The notes under the pieces: model-generated
What the model was told of the DNA's origin: nothing
Seen by the model: the letters and a program-made list of their open reading frames with translations, nothing else
Database searches by the model: none
Part shown: positions 49,701-64,000 of the stretch, piece by piece
Numbering within the stretch: the first letter of the stretch is position 1
How the letters are laid out: each line of letters begins with the position of its first letter
From: Raillietiella orientalis
Lineage: Eukaryota
Assembly (NCBI GenBank): GCA_036172245.1
Contig: JAYWIR010000041.1
Coordinates: 1,426,001 to 1,490,000, forward strand
DNA: 64,000 bases
Direction: 5' to 3'
Translations under genes and position numbers: made by a program

Positions 49701-52700
49701 GAATTGAAATGGCAAGACGAAGCAGGAAGAGTTGAAAGTAAAAAAGAAAAATGCCCATGCAAGATGAAAAGCAAACGAAAGAACGACAGATCACTTTCCA
49801 AACTTGAGATTTCGTTTGAGAATTGATCTGTTTGCTATTTCTCAAAGTTTCCGAGTTTCTCGAGATCTCCGTATCTATTTTGTTTCTGTGTCATTTTTGC
49901 TGTTTTGACGTGATTTGTTCTTCTGAAAGGTATTTTTGCATCCGCTCTTTTACGACGGATGATCGGATCTTTCGGCGGTACGAGGATTCGATATGGAAAC
50001 AAACGAAGAATCAAATCCTGCAGTTGCCTCTTCCAAAGCTCCCCTTTTTTGCACTCCATTTTCTTCATGAGTGGAAACCTGGAATTTGCATCTTCTTGCC
50101 GAAGTTTTGCTTTGTTCAGGATGCCTGTCGTCCATCCAGCTTTCTGCGAAGCTCAAGTACTCATGCAAGTTTTGAATCCATTTCCTTCCGACGATTTGCT
50201 TCTTTTTAGTCTGACACACTGCTTTTCAACAGTTCTGGACCTTATTACTATGTGAACCCTTGTTACCATGGACCGGGTGCGCCAAATGGTAAAGCGATCG
50301 ATTTCGCTGGCTGCGTTTTCCCATAGCTATCCTTTTCAAATTTCCAAATTAGCTTTCTCATTTTGTTAGCCCACGAAATGGGGTGAGCTGCTGCTACTTC
50401 AGCTGCTCCCTCCGTGAAATTCTTTGCAGCTGGCATGAGCAAACGTGACGAGACTCGAGGTACGGGGTGACGCTCCCAGAAAAGATCAAATCCATCTGAT
50501 TCAGCCACCTTCAACCTATGCATCCTCGGACTCGAAATGGAGATGACTTCTTCTTACTCCAGGGAGGGCACTGCGAGCGAGAACACACAACGAAGCGAGC
50601 TGTTTCGTCAGACGAGTTCGACAAACGGCGCTCTCTGTTCGTTTCCGTCGTTTTGATTTCTCGGAGAGATGGAACGAGTAAAAGAGGGCGTTCTCTTGGA
50701 AACGAGCGTCCTCCTGAGGGACTCGCGCTTCTTTTGTCAGGTGGTCAAACGCTCGGCGCATCTGCAGGCTCACACGGTGCAACTCTCTGAAGTTCATTGG
50801 TCACATCCGAAGAAAATTTAGTTGTCAGAGTTGCATCTTCCTGATCGCGTGACATATGAACGTGACCTTTCAGATCATGCCACTTGGAAATGATGGATGA
50901 GGAAAACCAATCACTTCTTGTATTCACTTCCGAGATCTTTCGTTTTTCTTCTCCTAATACTGAGAGATAAAATGTGTTTTATGATCGAATTTTCTCGTCC
51001 TTCCATGAGGATTACATTTTTTTTTCTTCTCCTTTGTCTTTTTTACCCCATAATAATTCTGTAGAGCAAAGCTACATCTGAAACTCCAAGGCCTGTAGCG
51101 ACTCATAGTTACGTTCCTTGGTTGACGTATTATTCCTTCTGAATCTAGTGAAGATGGTCGTACACTCTGCGTACATGGTAATCCTTGCGGATCCCAATTC
51201 CGTTTACTAACTGTCACTATATGTTTTTATCCAATAGAAGGGTTATTTGCTTTTGAAAGTCTCTGACCTTACCATGCGGATGGGTCTCGGTGTGGACAGT
51301 GATTTGCAGGCACAGCAAGATTCCCCTCCTGGTAATGAAGTTTGAAGAAATCCAAGTCTGTGACGGTGCGTATATGAGTAAAAAGATCGGAATACCAAGG
51401 GGGCATGGAGTTGTCCAGAAATCAACTTTTCCTTGACGAAAACTTCTAAGCTTCCAGATGCTTTGAGTTTCGCTTCGGAGCCTCCAGAACGAGCTAAGCG
51501 GCTTCGATTCTTAGAAGGAAAGAAAAGAAGAAGAAGAAGAAAAAAAAAAACAAATTCTTAATTTATGAGCCGACCTGGAATCTCCAGTTCTCGCCTTTTC
51601 AACTGAGACGGTGCTTGGAAGGCCTTTTCATTCTCTCAGTGTCGTTTATTTCGTGCCGTCAACAGAATGGAATTTTGGGCCACCATCTCAGGTGATGGTT
51701 ATTGACGTTCGAGTCGATGAAACAAAAACCCCCTGTGCTCTCACTTTATTGTGGACTCTAAATCGAGGACTCCAACTGATTAGAATGCGGCTACTTTCGG
51801 GGATGAATTAATTTTCGAGGACGAAGATGAATGATCTTTTTGTCTGTAATTTTTTTTTTGTTGTTGTTTTCAGGAACTTTCTGCGGAAAATCTCGGCTCC
51901 AGTTCCATAGCTGCAACGGGACTCCTCATTTGTCATCTTCTTCATCAACAACATAGTGCCATCACCCATTTTCCTTTCTCAAATATCCCGTGAAGCGTTC
52001 TGCGACGGCTCCATCTGAAACAATTGTGGGAATTCCAATCTGCTGCATTTGGGCACTGAGCCCTTTTCGGACGGGAGGATCCATGGGAAGCTGAAGGCTT
52101 CCATCCGCAGAGAGCTGTGAGCTCGAACCCGGTTGCAATAGTTGCTTCCAATTGTCTCTGGGTCGTCTCTTGCAATGGATCCAGACGTCTCGGGAGAGTG
52201 TGATGCCTTTAAATGTTGGTAGGGCAGGCAGCAAAGTGCAGCGAGGTGTCTGCAGCATCTCTGGTGCCTTTAAAAGCTGCGTGGAAAAGCTTTGCTTCTA
52301 TGCAGACCACAACCACGAGCAGACAGGACACAAGGAGTCCTCGTGCCGAATGTGCTATGTCAAACAGCTCAGATCTTCTTCAAGTCTACCCCTCTGTGCT
52401 TTTCTGAGAGATTCTCCTACTTGTCCGGCTTTTCGCAGAACATCAAACCAAATGCATCTCTGGCATCTTTGATCCTCTCAGCGAACGTAGACCCCGAGAT
52501 CCAGCTATCATTCCTCGTGTCGTGGCGGCCACGCGACCTCAAAAACGGTGTGACCAAAGAGCCAGTTTTCCTCCTTTTCCTCCTTACCCCTTCAATGCTG
52601 GTATGAGTGCCGTCGTAGAAGCAGGCGACCTACAGGATGAGCAATTTTCCTCCTCTCTGCATCATCTCATCTTGTCTTCGCTCCGAATCCGTTCCCGAAA

Positions 52701-52829
52701 CGGTCCGGCTGGCGGTTGTCAATTCCCAGTGTTTCCGTTTGTCTCCCGAGTTGGACCACCAATTATTCATGTCCGTTGCCATCTCTGATTGTGCTCACCT
52801 TCCTCTAAACACACACAAAAGGACTTCTA

Positions 52830-53810
52830 CCTTCAGGACCAATTTCGAGAGGGCAGTGGTCTCGGGTTCAGTGAAACTCGGATTCCAAGCTCTTAGCGTT
52901 CCAGGCGCAGCAAATTTCAGAAGAGAGTGTGGAACTGGCCATACCACTCAGCATACGTACGACCAGCTCGTGACAGCAGGCCGGGTATGGAAATCTTCCG
53001 ATTCAGGAAGATCTCACGTATGTGATGTCCAAAGAGATAAAGGGTCATTCCTTCCAGGCTCTGTCCGCAAGCTATGAATCACGAAGGCTGTGGACTGGAC
53101 ACCGTACCGTCCACAGCCTGTTTCTTAAGTGACTCGGACGCAATGCAGGTAAAGGGGGAGCAATCCTTACGGAGGAGGGGAGCTAAAAAATTCTCGATTT
53201 CGCAACCAGTTCGGCGGATATCTATCCAATAGACTAAAACAGTCTTCGTCGGAAGTGATTTTCCATGCAAAGCAATCTATCAGGAGAAATGACAGCTAGA
53301 ACGAAGGGGTTCGGAGGCATCCACATATAATGCGGATGCACTGGAAAGACAGTCAGAAGATAAACGTTGGATGTAGCCTCATGCATGACCGCATAATGGG
53401 CCCGCTCTGCTATTTCCGAAAAGAAAGTAATCGTGGTCGTGCACGTGGATATATTATGGAACTTTGCGTTACGACTGTCTTCAGTCCGCAAGTGCAGGAA
53501 CTGTCGTTTGAGCACCAGAGGGAAGTTTCTTGACAGATTTGTTGGGATGGCTGAGACGAGCGATGACTCCACGGCTCCATGGCTTCCTGATGTTCTCACG
53601 GAGAATTCCTGGGCATAAAGTCTTTCCACGCACGGAGGATACGTGGAAAGACTTTACGCCCAAGAATCGTACAAGGGGATCACTAATCCCATCTCCACAA
53701 GTGAAACGAACATATTGGTTACATAATGCATGCGAAAGCTCACGGAATGAAGTCGATTATTATTCAGGCATCTTTCGAGCAACTGATTACGAGATGACCA
53801 GAAATATGTA
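52830..53810 (+). mobile_element. Heavily decayed Tc1/mariner-superfamily transposase (arthropod DUF4817-HTH plus DDD type); boundaries approximate
   Basis: Frameshifted fragments in the expected order: NFRRECG..TAGRVWKSSDSGRSHV (HTH), HWKDSQKINVGCSLMHDRIMGP (cf. recalled consensus HERDSPKxNVWCGLMHDRIIGP), KFLDRFVG, EVDYYSGIFRATD (cf. EIxYRLDIxRATxG). Confidence 0.72.
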
Positions 53811-56800
53811 AATTCCTCTTGCTTTCTGCATTTAAACCAGGGAACAGAATGTGAATAAGTTCGTTAGTTCGTTAGGCCCGTTAGTGTTTAATTTGTGGCA
53901 TTACTACTCTGTGTACACTCCCCCGAAAAAGATTTACACTTCATATCATTTAGGGGTATCGTCAATGAATACAGGTTTTGTGATGACGGAATCGTTGGTA
54001 CAGTGTCCCTTCTTTCCTGTGTTATTTGCTCGTTCCTTTATTATTTACCCCTTCTTTGAAAACTTGTCGGGATTAATGGAAATTTATTAAAATTATGCAT
54101 AGGAGCATCCTTGACTAAGTCCGGTTTGTGATTCATTTCAAATGTTTCACGTAATGATTTCAAGCTTTTAATGCTAATGCTATTTAATATTTGTTAATCA
54201 CCATGTGAAAAACTCGAGATCATTTTTAAACTAATCTTAGCGGTCGATGGTCTAAACATCCTCATCATTCTAAAAGGCAGCTTGTCCTTGGCATTGGTTC
54301 AAAGGGAAGCTTCAACATTATTTCATTCTCTATGTAATTCCTTTCCTGAATTCAATCGAACTGCAGTCAGACAGAAAATATGCAATTATGTTTAAAGGCG
54401 ACCTTCAATATTTGTGGGAAATATCTTCCCTTTTTCCAAAAACGCACAGCTCACACTCGGAAAACACGGAACGAAGACCAGCAGAATGAATTCCCTTTCC
54501 TGGACGAATGTTCGTTCGTCTAAGAGGGCAATTGAGCGCAAATTTTGAGAACTATAAATGCAAATTTGCATCCAGTGTCTCTCTCTCTTACTAGAAAAGA
54601 GTTGCTCGTGAAGGGAATTAGAAGCAGTTGAAGCAACTCTCTCGGTAAGCCACAAAACTGAAGCGCCTTTTTGTTCCGAAATGAAAAAGCATTGCTTTCG
54701 CATGCTCCAGCTTGAGAGGTGAATTTCTCCACTTGACCTTTTTTTTCCACTTCCACCGTGGAAATGAAACGGAATCTCTCTGGATCTCAAGAACACGCTA
54801 GAATGCCATCAGATGTTGATCAAGAATCCACTTATCGTCAATAAAATAATTTCTCCTGCCGTTCTCTTTATTTTCTTTTGAAAGCAGTAGAACCTCCTGC
54901 CTACATCTACTCAGCCGGAAACCTTATTTATTTCTTCTGCATTGCGAGAGGTGTTCTTAAATAGATGGCCCTTCTCGTATCCATAGATACCTATGAATAT
55001 GAAACAACCGGGCAGCTTTCTAGAGATTGCTAAAAGCTGCAGCATCCTTCTTGCACTCAGTCTTCTTGCTCGTCTTCTTGCCAGCAACCCGTAGATTTCA
55101 TTACACTGCCTATTTGCAGACAAAAACTGCATCATTAGCTAATGTTGTTCTCAAGGAATTGTGCAGGTTCTTTTTCTTTTATGGTTTGGAGAGTGTATTC
55201 TATAGTTGCTGTGCAAACTCCTTTATTACCTCAGCTCATAAACAAATCTAGATTTGTAGCTGTCTAGGGTGGAAACACAATGGGAGTATGGGAGTACTTT
55301 CTGGTTACCAGCTTCCTTATGTTCATAAAACGAATCCCCACAGAAGCTTCTCTAAGAAAGATCTTCACATATTCGTGGCACTGTGTTCATTTTTGACTGC
55401 TCAGCGAACCGAAAGCAAAATTTCTATTGAACAGCCAGCTGAAGTTCCATTATACTTATTGTGAGTATCATTAAAAGGAGTAAAGGCAGGCAGTTTGGAA
55501 ATGGTAGACGTCGAGAGGAAAGTGTGCCATTAACGAAAACGATCACGAGAACAGAATAGGAAGGATTCTCAAGGCACTAATCCTACATTCGTCTGCTGAT
55601 CTCCCACTGAAATCCCTTGTGAAGTAAAATCAAGTCACGATTGAGGCACATTAGAGGCAGACCGTCATTGCTTCAGCGATAGCGAATGATATGGACGTCA
55701 TCTTTATTTGCAGAAATGATCATTTGAAAGTTGCACCGATCCATTATGAGTGTGTGCCCACTAGTGGCCACGAAAGCAATTTGCGCTGGTCCAATGCTGG
55801 TCATCGCGATGGACAAAAAGTAAAACATAACTTTCTTCGGTTTGCCCGTGAAGGCGGTTTTATCTGTTCGCTTGTTTTCATTTTGTTTGCGATTCCAGAC
55901 AATCGGTTTGTTTGCGTGTGTGTGTGTGTGTTTTTTTTTTCTCTCTCTCCTGGAATGCTTGCATTTGCTTTCTGATATCTCCGACTGGGACGACCTCTTG
56001 CCATTCCGGATTCATGACTCGAAACTTCAGCTTCACGTTTCTGTGGCACCGGCGTGATGATGGTTCAGATGATTTGTAATCTTGTGCCGTGTTTCCCTCT
56101 GAATCGTGCACACATGCCGTTGATCAATACGGTTTGTTTTCTATCCAGCTACGTAATGTTCCCCCTGATGCTTCTTGCGCACGCATCCGTCCGGTGAGCG
56201 TCTCCTCACACAGAGAAGAATCCTCATGAAAGCGTGCTGGTGACGATCCTCATCTTCGGCACAGATTTCCGCTCGTTCCAACCACATATGTCATAACGGA
56301 GGTAATGAATGGCGTGTTGTGCCACTGCAGTGTTCTCGTGGATTCATTTCGGGGAGTTTTTGAACGCTTGAATGCATGCAGATTTCTGCATTTTTTTCGC
56401 TTTCGGTCATTTCTCTACGTCTGCACAAGTTCGAAAAATGCTCTTCCAAGAGCCAGTTTCTTTCGCTTAATGTGTCGACGATAAGTGTCTTTAGGTTTTC
56501 TTCTCTCTCTCTTTTTTTTCTTTTCAGTTTCATCGTTCCATTCCGAGTCTTTTTGTCACCTTTTATAGGTGAAATTTCCCGAGAACTTCATTTGAAGAAA
56601 AGGCCTCATCGTGTGGTCCAGCTACCTCATCTGGAGTATCCAAGGAGGAATGGCTGGGTTTCTAAACCATGTGAATGCAAGGAAAGCATCCAGGCTCCAT
56701 CCTTATCTTCAACCCTTTAGCTTTGCTAACGAGCAATATCATAGCCAAGGATGCTTGCAGAGGCGTGATTACCTCTGGTTGAAAACTTTACCCAATCCCG

Positions 56801-59800
56801 TGAAAACTTGTCTTGATCAGACGTAAAGCTACATCAAAAAAGAAGAGCTTGATGCGTTGGAGTGCCTGATGCGCAGCATCACTGGTGTGATGCCACTGTA
56901 AGTGGCATCCAGGTTGCTTCCTGAATGCATTCTGTCTTGAAGATGAGGTCACTGTTTCCAAACGAAGGTGCATCTTGCGTCTTCTTTTCATTTTCGTTCC
57001 AATTGCCTTCCCAAGCACATCCCTCATCTCTTTTCATGAAATCGATTCGCCGATGGAGTAGTGGAAACAACTGGAATTACGTGATGACTCCACGCAGCTT
57101 ATTCGAGAACTTTCCAAGAGAACTGCTGAAGCAGGGCGCACTTATCGCTTGTGCGGATTTCGTCTGTTGTTGTTTCTGGTCACCAGGGATGTCTGCGCAT
57201 CCTCAGGGTCGGTGAAAGGAAAGGGTGGTAGGTGAACGTATAAAACCCTTCGGATCTTGAGTAGTCGAGTCGCTTATTCTTGGCCAGTTTCTGTCCAGCC
57301 CAGGGCAAGATGCCCATGCAGTTCCGAAATCGAACCTTCCCTCTTCTCAGCAGATTTCGTCTCTAGACCTCCACCACGGCTCTGGACGGCCTCTGCAGGA
57401 TTTCCGCCCATTTGAATTAAGTCTTAAGATTAAGAGATCCCGACCGTTTTCATCTCAGACTCATCATCGATGATAATGCACCGTTATTCAGATATTGCAC
57501 AGATACATGGATGCTTGTTGGATCTTTGACCAGAAAAAAAAAATCATTTTATTGTATTCGAACGTCCCCAGAGATCTGAATTTTGGAAATGATCAGTCAA
57601 TGAATAGATCCTTTCAGGCAAAGGAAAATTAAAAAGGCTTTGAGCTTCTAAGGCAAACGCTTGAGCGAAAAAGAATGGAACCCGCAATCACTGGATCGTG
57701 TGGTCCAGTCTTGTGATGCTGTTGATGAGCTCAAGATATGATGGATCCAACACGGTAACGAAACGGAAGAATAAATCATGTCGCAGCAGTCTGGCTGCCC
57801 AGATTTGTCCTTTGGAATGGTCACGGAGCTTCTGGTCATGCAAGAATTTGTTTCGCGACTGCCATCACGCGCACTACATCCAGATCGAAATTCCGTTCCG
57901 TTTCCTTCCCTCGAGAATTCTTGTAGATGCAGAACCAGTGCTCGGTTTCCAAGCAAATTCTGCACAGTAGAAATTCCCTCCCTACCAGCTGTGGCAGCAA
58001 ATAGGCAGATGCAAGGGAGATGACATTTTCCCCCTTTTGTGGATGGGAGGGGATAGAGGGAAAAACTTCATTCACTGGTTCCTCACCTACAGGAGATTTC
58101 AAGATTAATTAATGAGTGGCGTACATTAACTTAAGAGACGCCATTCTCGGTACTTAGTACTGGAAGATTGGACTCGGCCTTATCGTTGTATCTGTCAGAA
58201 AGAGTGATCTCGATTTCTTTGTGTTTCCATCCACCGCTTATAAATGGGACGCTGCCCGTTCGATGCTACCAACAGTAAATCTGAAACAGAGTTCGCAATG
58301 AGCCCCAGAACGTCTTTCTCCGGGTAGCTGATTAACATAATAACGAATGTAAGATTCCTTCTAAGAAACGCAGAGGAACAAAAGATTTATGTCGGCCGAT
58401 TATGAGGAAGCTGACTGGATGCGACGTTGGTGTCAAGCTAAAAGTTTTTGATTCCCACTCACGAATGCTTAATCAGGGAACTTCGATCACTTTTGTGGGT
58501 GCCGGGGACACTCTGGCGTGACCAAACTCCAGAAAACACTGGGATCAACTCTCGTTGAACGAGCAGAAGTGAGATGGCCGGGCTGAAACACCCGGCTACA
58601 CGGGCAAACGCCTCCGGCCCATCTCTTGTGTTCTTAAAAATTCAACCGATGGCATTTTCCTCGCGAAATCGCTTTCCATAGCAAACATCACTGCTAATGA
58701 AAATTTATCCCCATTTGCGTAGAATCCAGAACAAGGCGCTAACGAATGGGATTCTTAATTTTCTTTGAGTTTTTTTATGGACGCCATTCGATTACTCCAA
58801 CTTAATTAAACACTTTTCATGAAAACTCCTACCGTGATCTATTTTTCCCTGATTCCTTGATTATTTATTTGGCAGCACGGAAAAAGAAGCTGCAATCGTT
58901 CGAACTAATTGTGTACAGCAATTACGCTTTGCCTTCCAGTTTCCTTGAACAGTAAAAGTGTGATTTTTTATGCTCATATGCTGCAAACTCATAAAGTAAG
59001 AGACTGTGCGAAGAAATCCATGTGTGGAAATGAAAGGTGGCTCCATATCATATTCCATATGAGCACCTACGTATGCTAGCCAAAACAACTTTAGATAACC
59101 TTCACCTGCCTGCCGTTTCACGTTCGAATCTTTATGAAGATAAATTTGAATACGAGTAATGAATAGCTTAGTAATGCAGTAGGGCATTATTTTCAAAAGT
59201 GTCTTCAGCTTGGAGCTTCGAATTCGGTAGAAAAAAAACAGCAAAGCTAAGACTACGCCCAAGTCCAGATGCATAAGCATCTGCTAGTTGAAATACAGCA
59301 TATGAACTGCAGTCTATTATACCTATCAATAATAAATCGTATGATGTGCTTCAGAATGTACTGTATGACTTACATTGTAGTTCACTGCAACACAATACAC
59401 TGAACCATATCGCTTACACTGTCATTTATAATGCTCCACATGCATAACCTGCAATTATTTTGAATCATATGGTGTACATATAGCGCTACTACAATACCAC
59501 TTGAAAAAATATAATCATGTGTGATCAGGGGAACTTTTACACTTGAAATGCTCCGGAGAACCTTAGATTTAGGTTGGGCATCTAAAAAAATATTTTGCAG
59601 AGCTTCAAGCAATCCACACTGACGACTTTTATTTCAGCAATTGAAATTTTTGGTTTCCAACTCAGTCTCCTCTGCAGTGTCTCAGTAAGGTTTCCTGAAG
59701 CTCTACCCTCTTGATTCCATCTCACAGGAAGAGTCGGAAAAAAAAAAAACATCCCATGTTGACGAATATGACATTTTCCTTATGAATGATATGCAGTACG

Positions 59801-62539
59801 ATGCAAATCATGGAAGCATGGGTAAATTAGTCAACCTTTTGGCACCAGTATTGCTGTCACTCATCATAATTATTCGTGTCCTTAACGAATCTTTCCGATT
59901 CGTTCCAGCTTCTTAGCTTCAGAAACTGCACCTGTGATGAGCTGCTGACAAGTTAACGACTGATCGGCAGATGAGTTTCGACTAGTGCGCTGATTTCAGA
60001 ACAGTCGCTGGAGCCTAACCATTGCTGAAAGTTTGCCGATTGTTTTTGTAGCTGAAACGTCCAAATATTTCTACAGCAGGAAATCAAAATCAATTTCCAC
60101 AGTCACTGCCCAGCCACCTTCGCTCACTCAACATCTTGAATCCGTGGTCATAAATAAAACAGTAGGCAAGATCCCCACTTTCTGATTCTTCGAGGTGGAA
60201 ATCGTTTCTCAGTGATCTCGCGATCCCATCATTGGAATTCAGACTACTTAGATGCATCCTCGGTAATCATCATAAAATTAACCATTGCTTGGTTAAAGCG
60301 GCATAAAGGTAACTTTTCCAAAGATCTGTACAGTGCAGTTAATTTCATCACTCTTCCTCTTTAATCTTTGTTCTTTTAAATAGGGATTTTCTGTATTTGT
60401 ACCGGTCCTCTAAATAGCTTGTCAAGATGCATGCTTGTCATCCAGGAAATCCACAACAGCTTTCCTTTTCATGCGTTCTTTTTCAGAAAACACTCCGATA
60501 AGCGCATTGCTCCTTCCATTATTTCTCTAGTGGAAGACCTTCAACCATGCAAGCTTCGAACAAGCTCTGCAACGTTCCAGAAAATAGCTCTTAATCACGA
60601 TTATATCGTTGCATTGTCTGACGGTCTTCTTTCCAATGGATGCAATCCCATGTTGTTGCTCCACATTTTTCACAGGCCATCTAGCAGCGATCTTGGGTGC
60701 CACAGAAAGTGAACCCACTGCTAGAATTCTTATTTCTCTCGATCAGTTATTTACAATCTTTGCCTCTAAATATCCTTCCATCACTAGACGAGGCTTCCAG
60801 CTGCCAACACGAGACTGCACTATGCACGTGAGTGCGTGTTCTTTCTATATGTTACAGGAAACTGTCGGAAGCCTCTACACATACTATAATGTATTATTTT
60901 ACGTCCCATTCCGCTTCTCTCATTATTCTTCTGTCATTTCTTCACACCTACCATGTTAGTTTCTATTAATCTAGAGCCTGGTTCGTCCAAAAGCTGTTCT
61001 GTTCATTCTCTCGAAATCCTATCTCTTATCACTTGCTTGCTTGAGTTCCGTGCTCCATCCATGGAATAGTTGCCACCCATGGATTCATCTTTCAATTCGA
61101 ACGCACTCTTGTTAGATGTAAAAGAAAAAGGAAAAAGAGAGAAAAGTTTTCTCTCCTTTCCGAATTCTCGAAATCTTCTGCCCGAATTCTTGCTTCCTTG
61201 CACTCGTTTAAAAGAATTCAAGATTGCAAATGGAAGCTACATATTGAAGCTTTGAGGGTATTCTGGCTTGGATTCTATCTAATCTCCTCGAGGTGATATG
61301 AAACGAATCGAATCGGAAGCTGATGCGGTGCGTCTTTTGCCACTCTCAAACTGGCTTTGGTGTATTCTCCTAACCGATTTCTTCGAGCTATTACACAAGT
61401 GAATTGGAACAAACCCTTCCCATGTAAAGCAAGGCAAGGCGAAGCAGGCTGATCATTTCATCATGGGGAAAGGAGCTTCTGGCTTTTTGATGAAGTTTCC
61501 GTCTGAATACGAAATATCAGGTCTATGCCCATAGAATGATAAGTGGGAGCAATCGCTAGGGTACATCCTCAACCGACGCCTCCACATGCAAACCATAACC
61601 ATGGCAAGCTCGTAGCACGGCTTATACAGAACACGATGGCTACCAGTCGACCTGCTCGGACATCAACGTGAAGTCGAAGCCGGATCTGAGGCTCTAGGGA
61701 GAAGGAAGAATACTTGCATTGAAAGTCGGCAGTCCCTATTAACATGCAGCAATACCTTGAGAGGCGCTCGAAGAGATGTAGAGGATTCGACCTCTAGGGA
61801 TGCTTCCCGCTATCCTAGGAGCAGCGGTCGTAAGGTCCCCGAAGAACAAAGGCGTGCTGTGGAAATAAAGAATTCAGAAGAAACACATCGGAAAGGAAAT
61901 GGTGTGCTCAGTATACATTCAGGATACCGGGATACTCATTGGGAACATTGGATAGGTCACCACGCCTTTTCAGGATTAACAGCCCTGACATGAAGACAAC
62001 TTTGGAAAGGGCAGACAGCAGAAGGAAATGGTGGAAATTACTTTTGTCCTTTCGCATCCCCGTCCTCTATGTGGACGCAACCAACAAAATGCAGATGAAA
62101 TTGGGGGATTGCCATGCACTTATTCTTTATTTCCCTTCCATCTACACAGAGCAGAAACTGGGAATGGTAGGTTTCTTTGTTCTTACATTCAGAACGAGCG
62201 CTCTTATTCAAAACTCATGACTTTCGTTCCTTAGAAATTGCACTTAGTCTTGTGACTGTACCAGAAACGCTGTTCCTGCCGGATCATTCCTCTTCGAAAA
62301 GAAGGTTGTGCTGCCTAAGAGCTTGGAATGATGTTCTAGGCTGAAGGACTGGAAACACAACTACCATGTACTGGCTGGGAGCTAAGATTCACAGCTTCTC
62401 GCTGCAAGCTTTGTTTAGCCTTCGAAGAGTTTCGTCTTGGTAAGAGGAATGCTCAGGAAGTCACAAGGAAGCGGACCATCCTTCCACACTTGAAAATTTC
62501 TTGCTTCCCTCCTCCACCCCCTGTTTTTTGTTTGCCCGC

Positions 62540-63900
62540 GCCCCTATTTGGTGAAACTCCGGGCACAGCGTCTCCTCCGTAAAACCTTGTGGGGCGCTAC
62601 ACGATCCCGGATTCGCCTCGAAGATTTGGTGGCGAGCCGCGCCAGGACGCTGACCATCGAGAAGATTGGACTGCAGCTGCAGTTCCGACTTCTCTCCCTA
62701 TGTGGGAAATTGGGGCCTTCCCACCGGTGTGCTCCGGCCGGCCATATCCTCCAGTGCTGCGTCGGCAGTGCAGGACCTCTTCCGCTGCTGCCGCGCAACC
62801 TACGCCGGAGGACTGGATTTGGCTACCCTCTGAGGCATCTGTCCTGGTTGTTGCTAGCCCATCCTTGGATTTCCTGCCGCCCCACGGACTCGAATGCCTG
62901 GCGGCAGGAAGCTCTGGAGCAATATAGCACCATTTTGGAAGTGCTTCCAGAGCAGCAGCGACCTCTACGGGGTCTCCTACGCAAACCGCTAGGAGTGATC
63001 CTGCAGGACTGGTCGCTGTGGTCCCGGGTAGCCGTCTCAGCCTTGGCCTCAGCGCTGTCTTCCCTCAGGACAAACGACGAGAGGAGCCAACGGGCAGGCT
63101 GAGAGTTCTCCTGCAACATTGCAGGAGTCGAAAACCTTTGGAGCGGCTGTAGAACGAGCCTTTGCCCCGCTCGTCGCCGGGCAAAGGTGGAGTGCACTTC
63201 TTGGTGTACCCCCGAAGAACTCGTGGTGCCTTCCCCTGTGCGTGGTGGACACGTCCGGTTTTCCGCTTCGCTGGAAACAGGATGTCCTGTTATTCCTGCA
63301 CTGGGACTTCCAGTGCAACCAGCGCACGCACCTGGTTTCCGGGTGAGTTGCCTCCCCAGGTGCGGGGCGATGGAATCGCTCTCGCATCTACTATTGGAAT
63401 GCAGTAACCTCCAGCAGTTATGGCGCAGACTTGCTACGGCACTTCGTCGCCGACAAGGACACTGTCATCAACCTACTGCAACGCTTCTTCAGCGAAGGCG
63501 GACTGAAGAAAGGCGATCGGATGCATCCGCGAGCCATCGTGACTGCCCGGAAGCAAGTTTGCAGCGAAAAGACGTCACCGGCATATCAGCAAACCTTAGG
63601 AAGGCAGCTGGTTTCTTCTGCCCGGAAAAGTCGCCAGGGATGTCACCGTCGTCAAGAGGCGCTTCTAGAAGAAGAGGAGGCCAAAGATCCCCATCCCCAC
63701 CCTCGCATGTTTTTTATCTATTGTGTGTCCCCTCCCTCCGTTCCCTTCTTTTTTTCCTGAAAACCACCGGCCTGCGTGCCGGTGGTTTTCCGGGTTGAAC
63801 TCTTTGTATGGGCGTTTCTTGTTTCTTAGAGGGATACGTATCCCTCCAAGTTTGTGGTTTGGTTTCCTAAATAAACGTTCCGGCGTGACCGGGTTCAAAG
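62540..63900 (+). mobile_element. 5'-truncated Tx1/L1-like retrotransposon: post-RT ORF2 region, CCHC zinc finger and 3' UTR; pseudogenised
   Basis: LRKTLWGATRSRIRLEDL, FPLRWKQDVLLFLHWDFQCNQRT, PRCGAMESLSHLLLECSNLQQLWRRL; frameshifts; AATAAA near 63869; aligns with the 29100-29880 copy. Confidence 0.8.
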
Positions 63901-64000
63901 CACACTGGGAAATTAGATATTCTCAGTTTTCGCAACCTTTCTGATGAGAACCTTACTGATTGCATGTGCAAAAAGATTTGCATAGACTGCGCTATAGAAG

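Noticed and set aside
52938..52948. ggccataccac resembling the 5' end of 5S rRNA
   Set aside because: Only 11 nt, lies inside the mariner relic, and the match does not extend
1..64000. Prokaryotic systems (CRISPR arrays, operons), tRNA and rRNA genes
   Set aside because: Spliced animal gene and TE relics dominate; I saw no repeat-spacer arrays, cloverleafs or rRNA, and most short ORFs in the track appear spurious

Overview
Eukaryotic (animal, most likely arthropod) genomic DNA. The first 20.4 kb holds the 3' part of a + strand plexin gene of the arthropod PlexB type: 13 coding exons from 1791 to a stop at 20434, about 1155 aa, covering PSI/IPT repeats, the TM helix and the split RasGAP/RBD cytoplasmic region. 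The Sema-domain exons are not in the window. Six introns are only 46-53 nt; others are multi-kb. I recognise no intact gene in the remaining ~43 kb. It contains three fragments of a Tx1/L1-like non-LTR retrotransposon, a decayed Tc1/mariner transposase, several unidentified degraded coding-like stretches and isolated hairpins. The most unusual signal is a 5' U2 snRNA fragment at ~32.3 kb, split in two and embedded in nested inverted repeats. All calls come from manual reading and motif recall; no database search was run.
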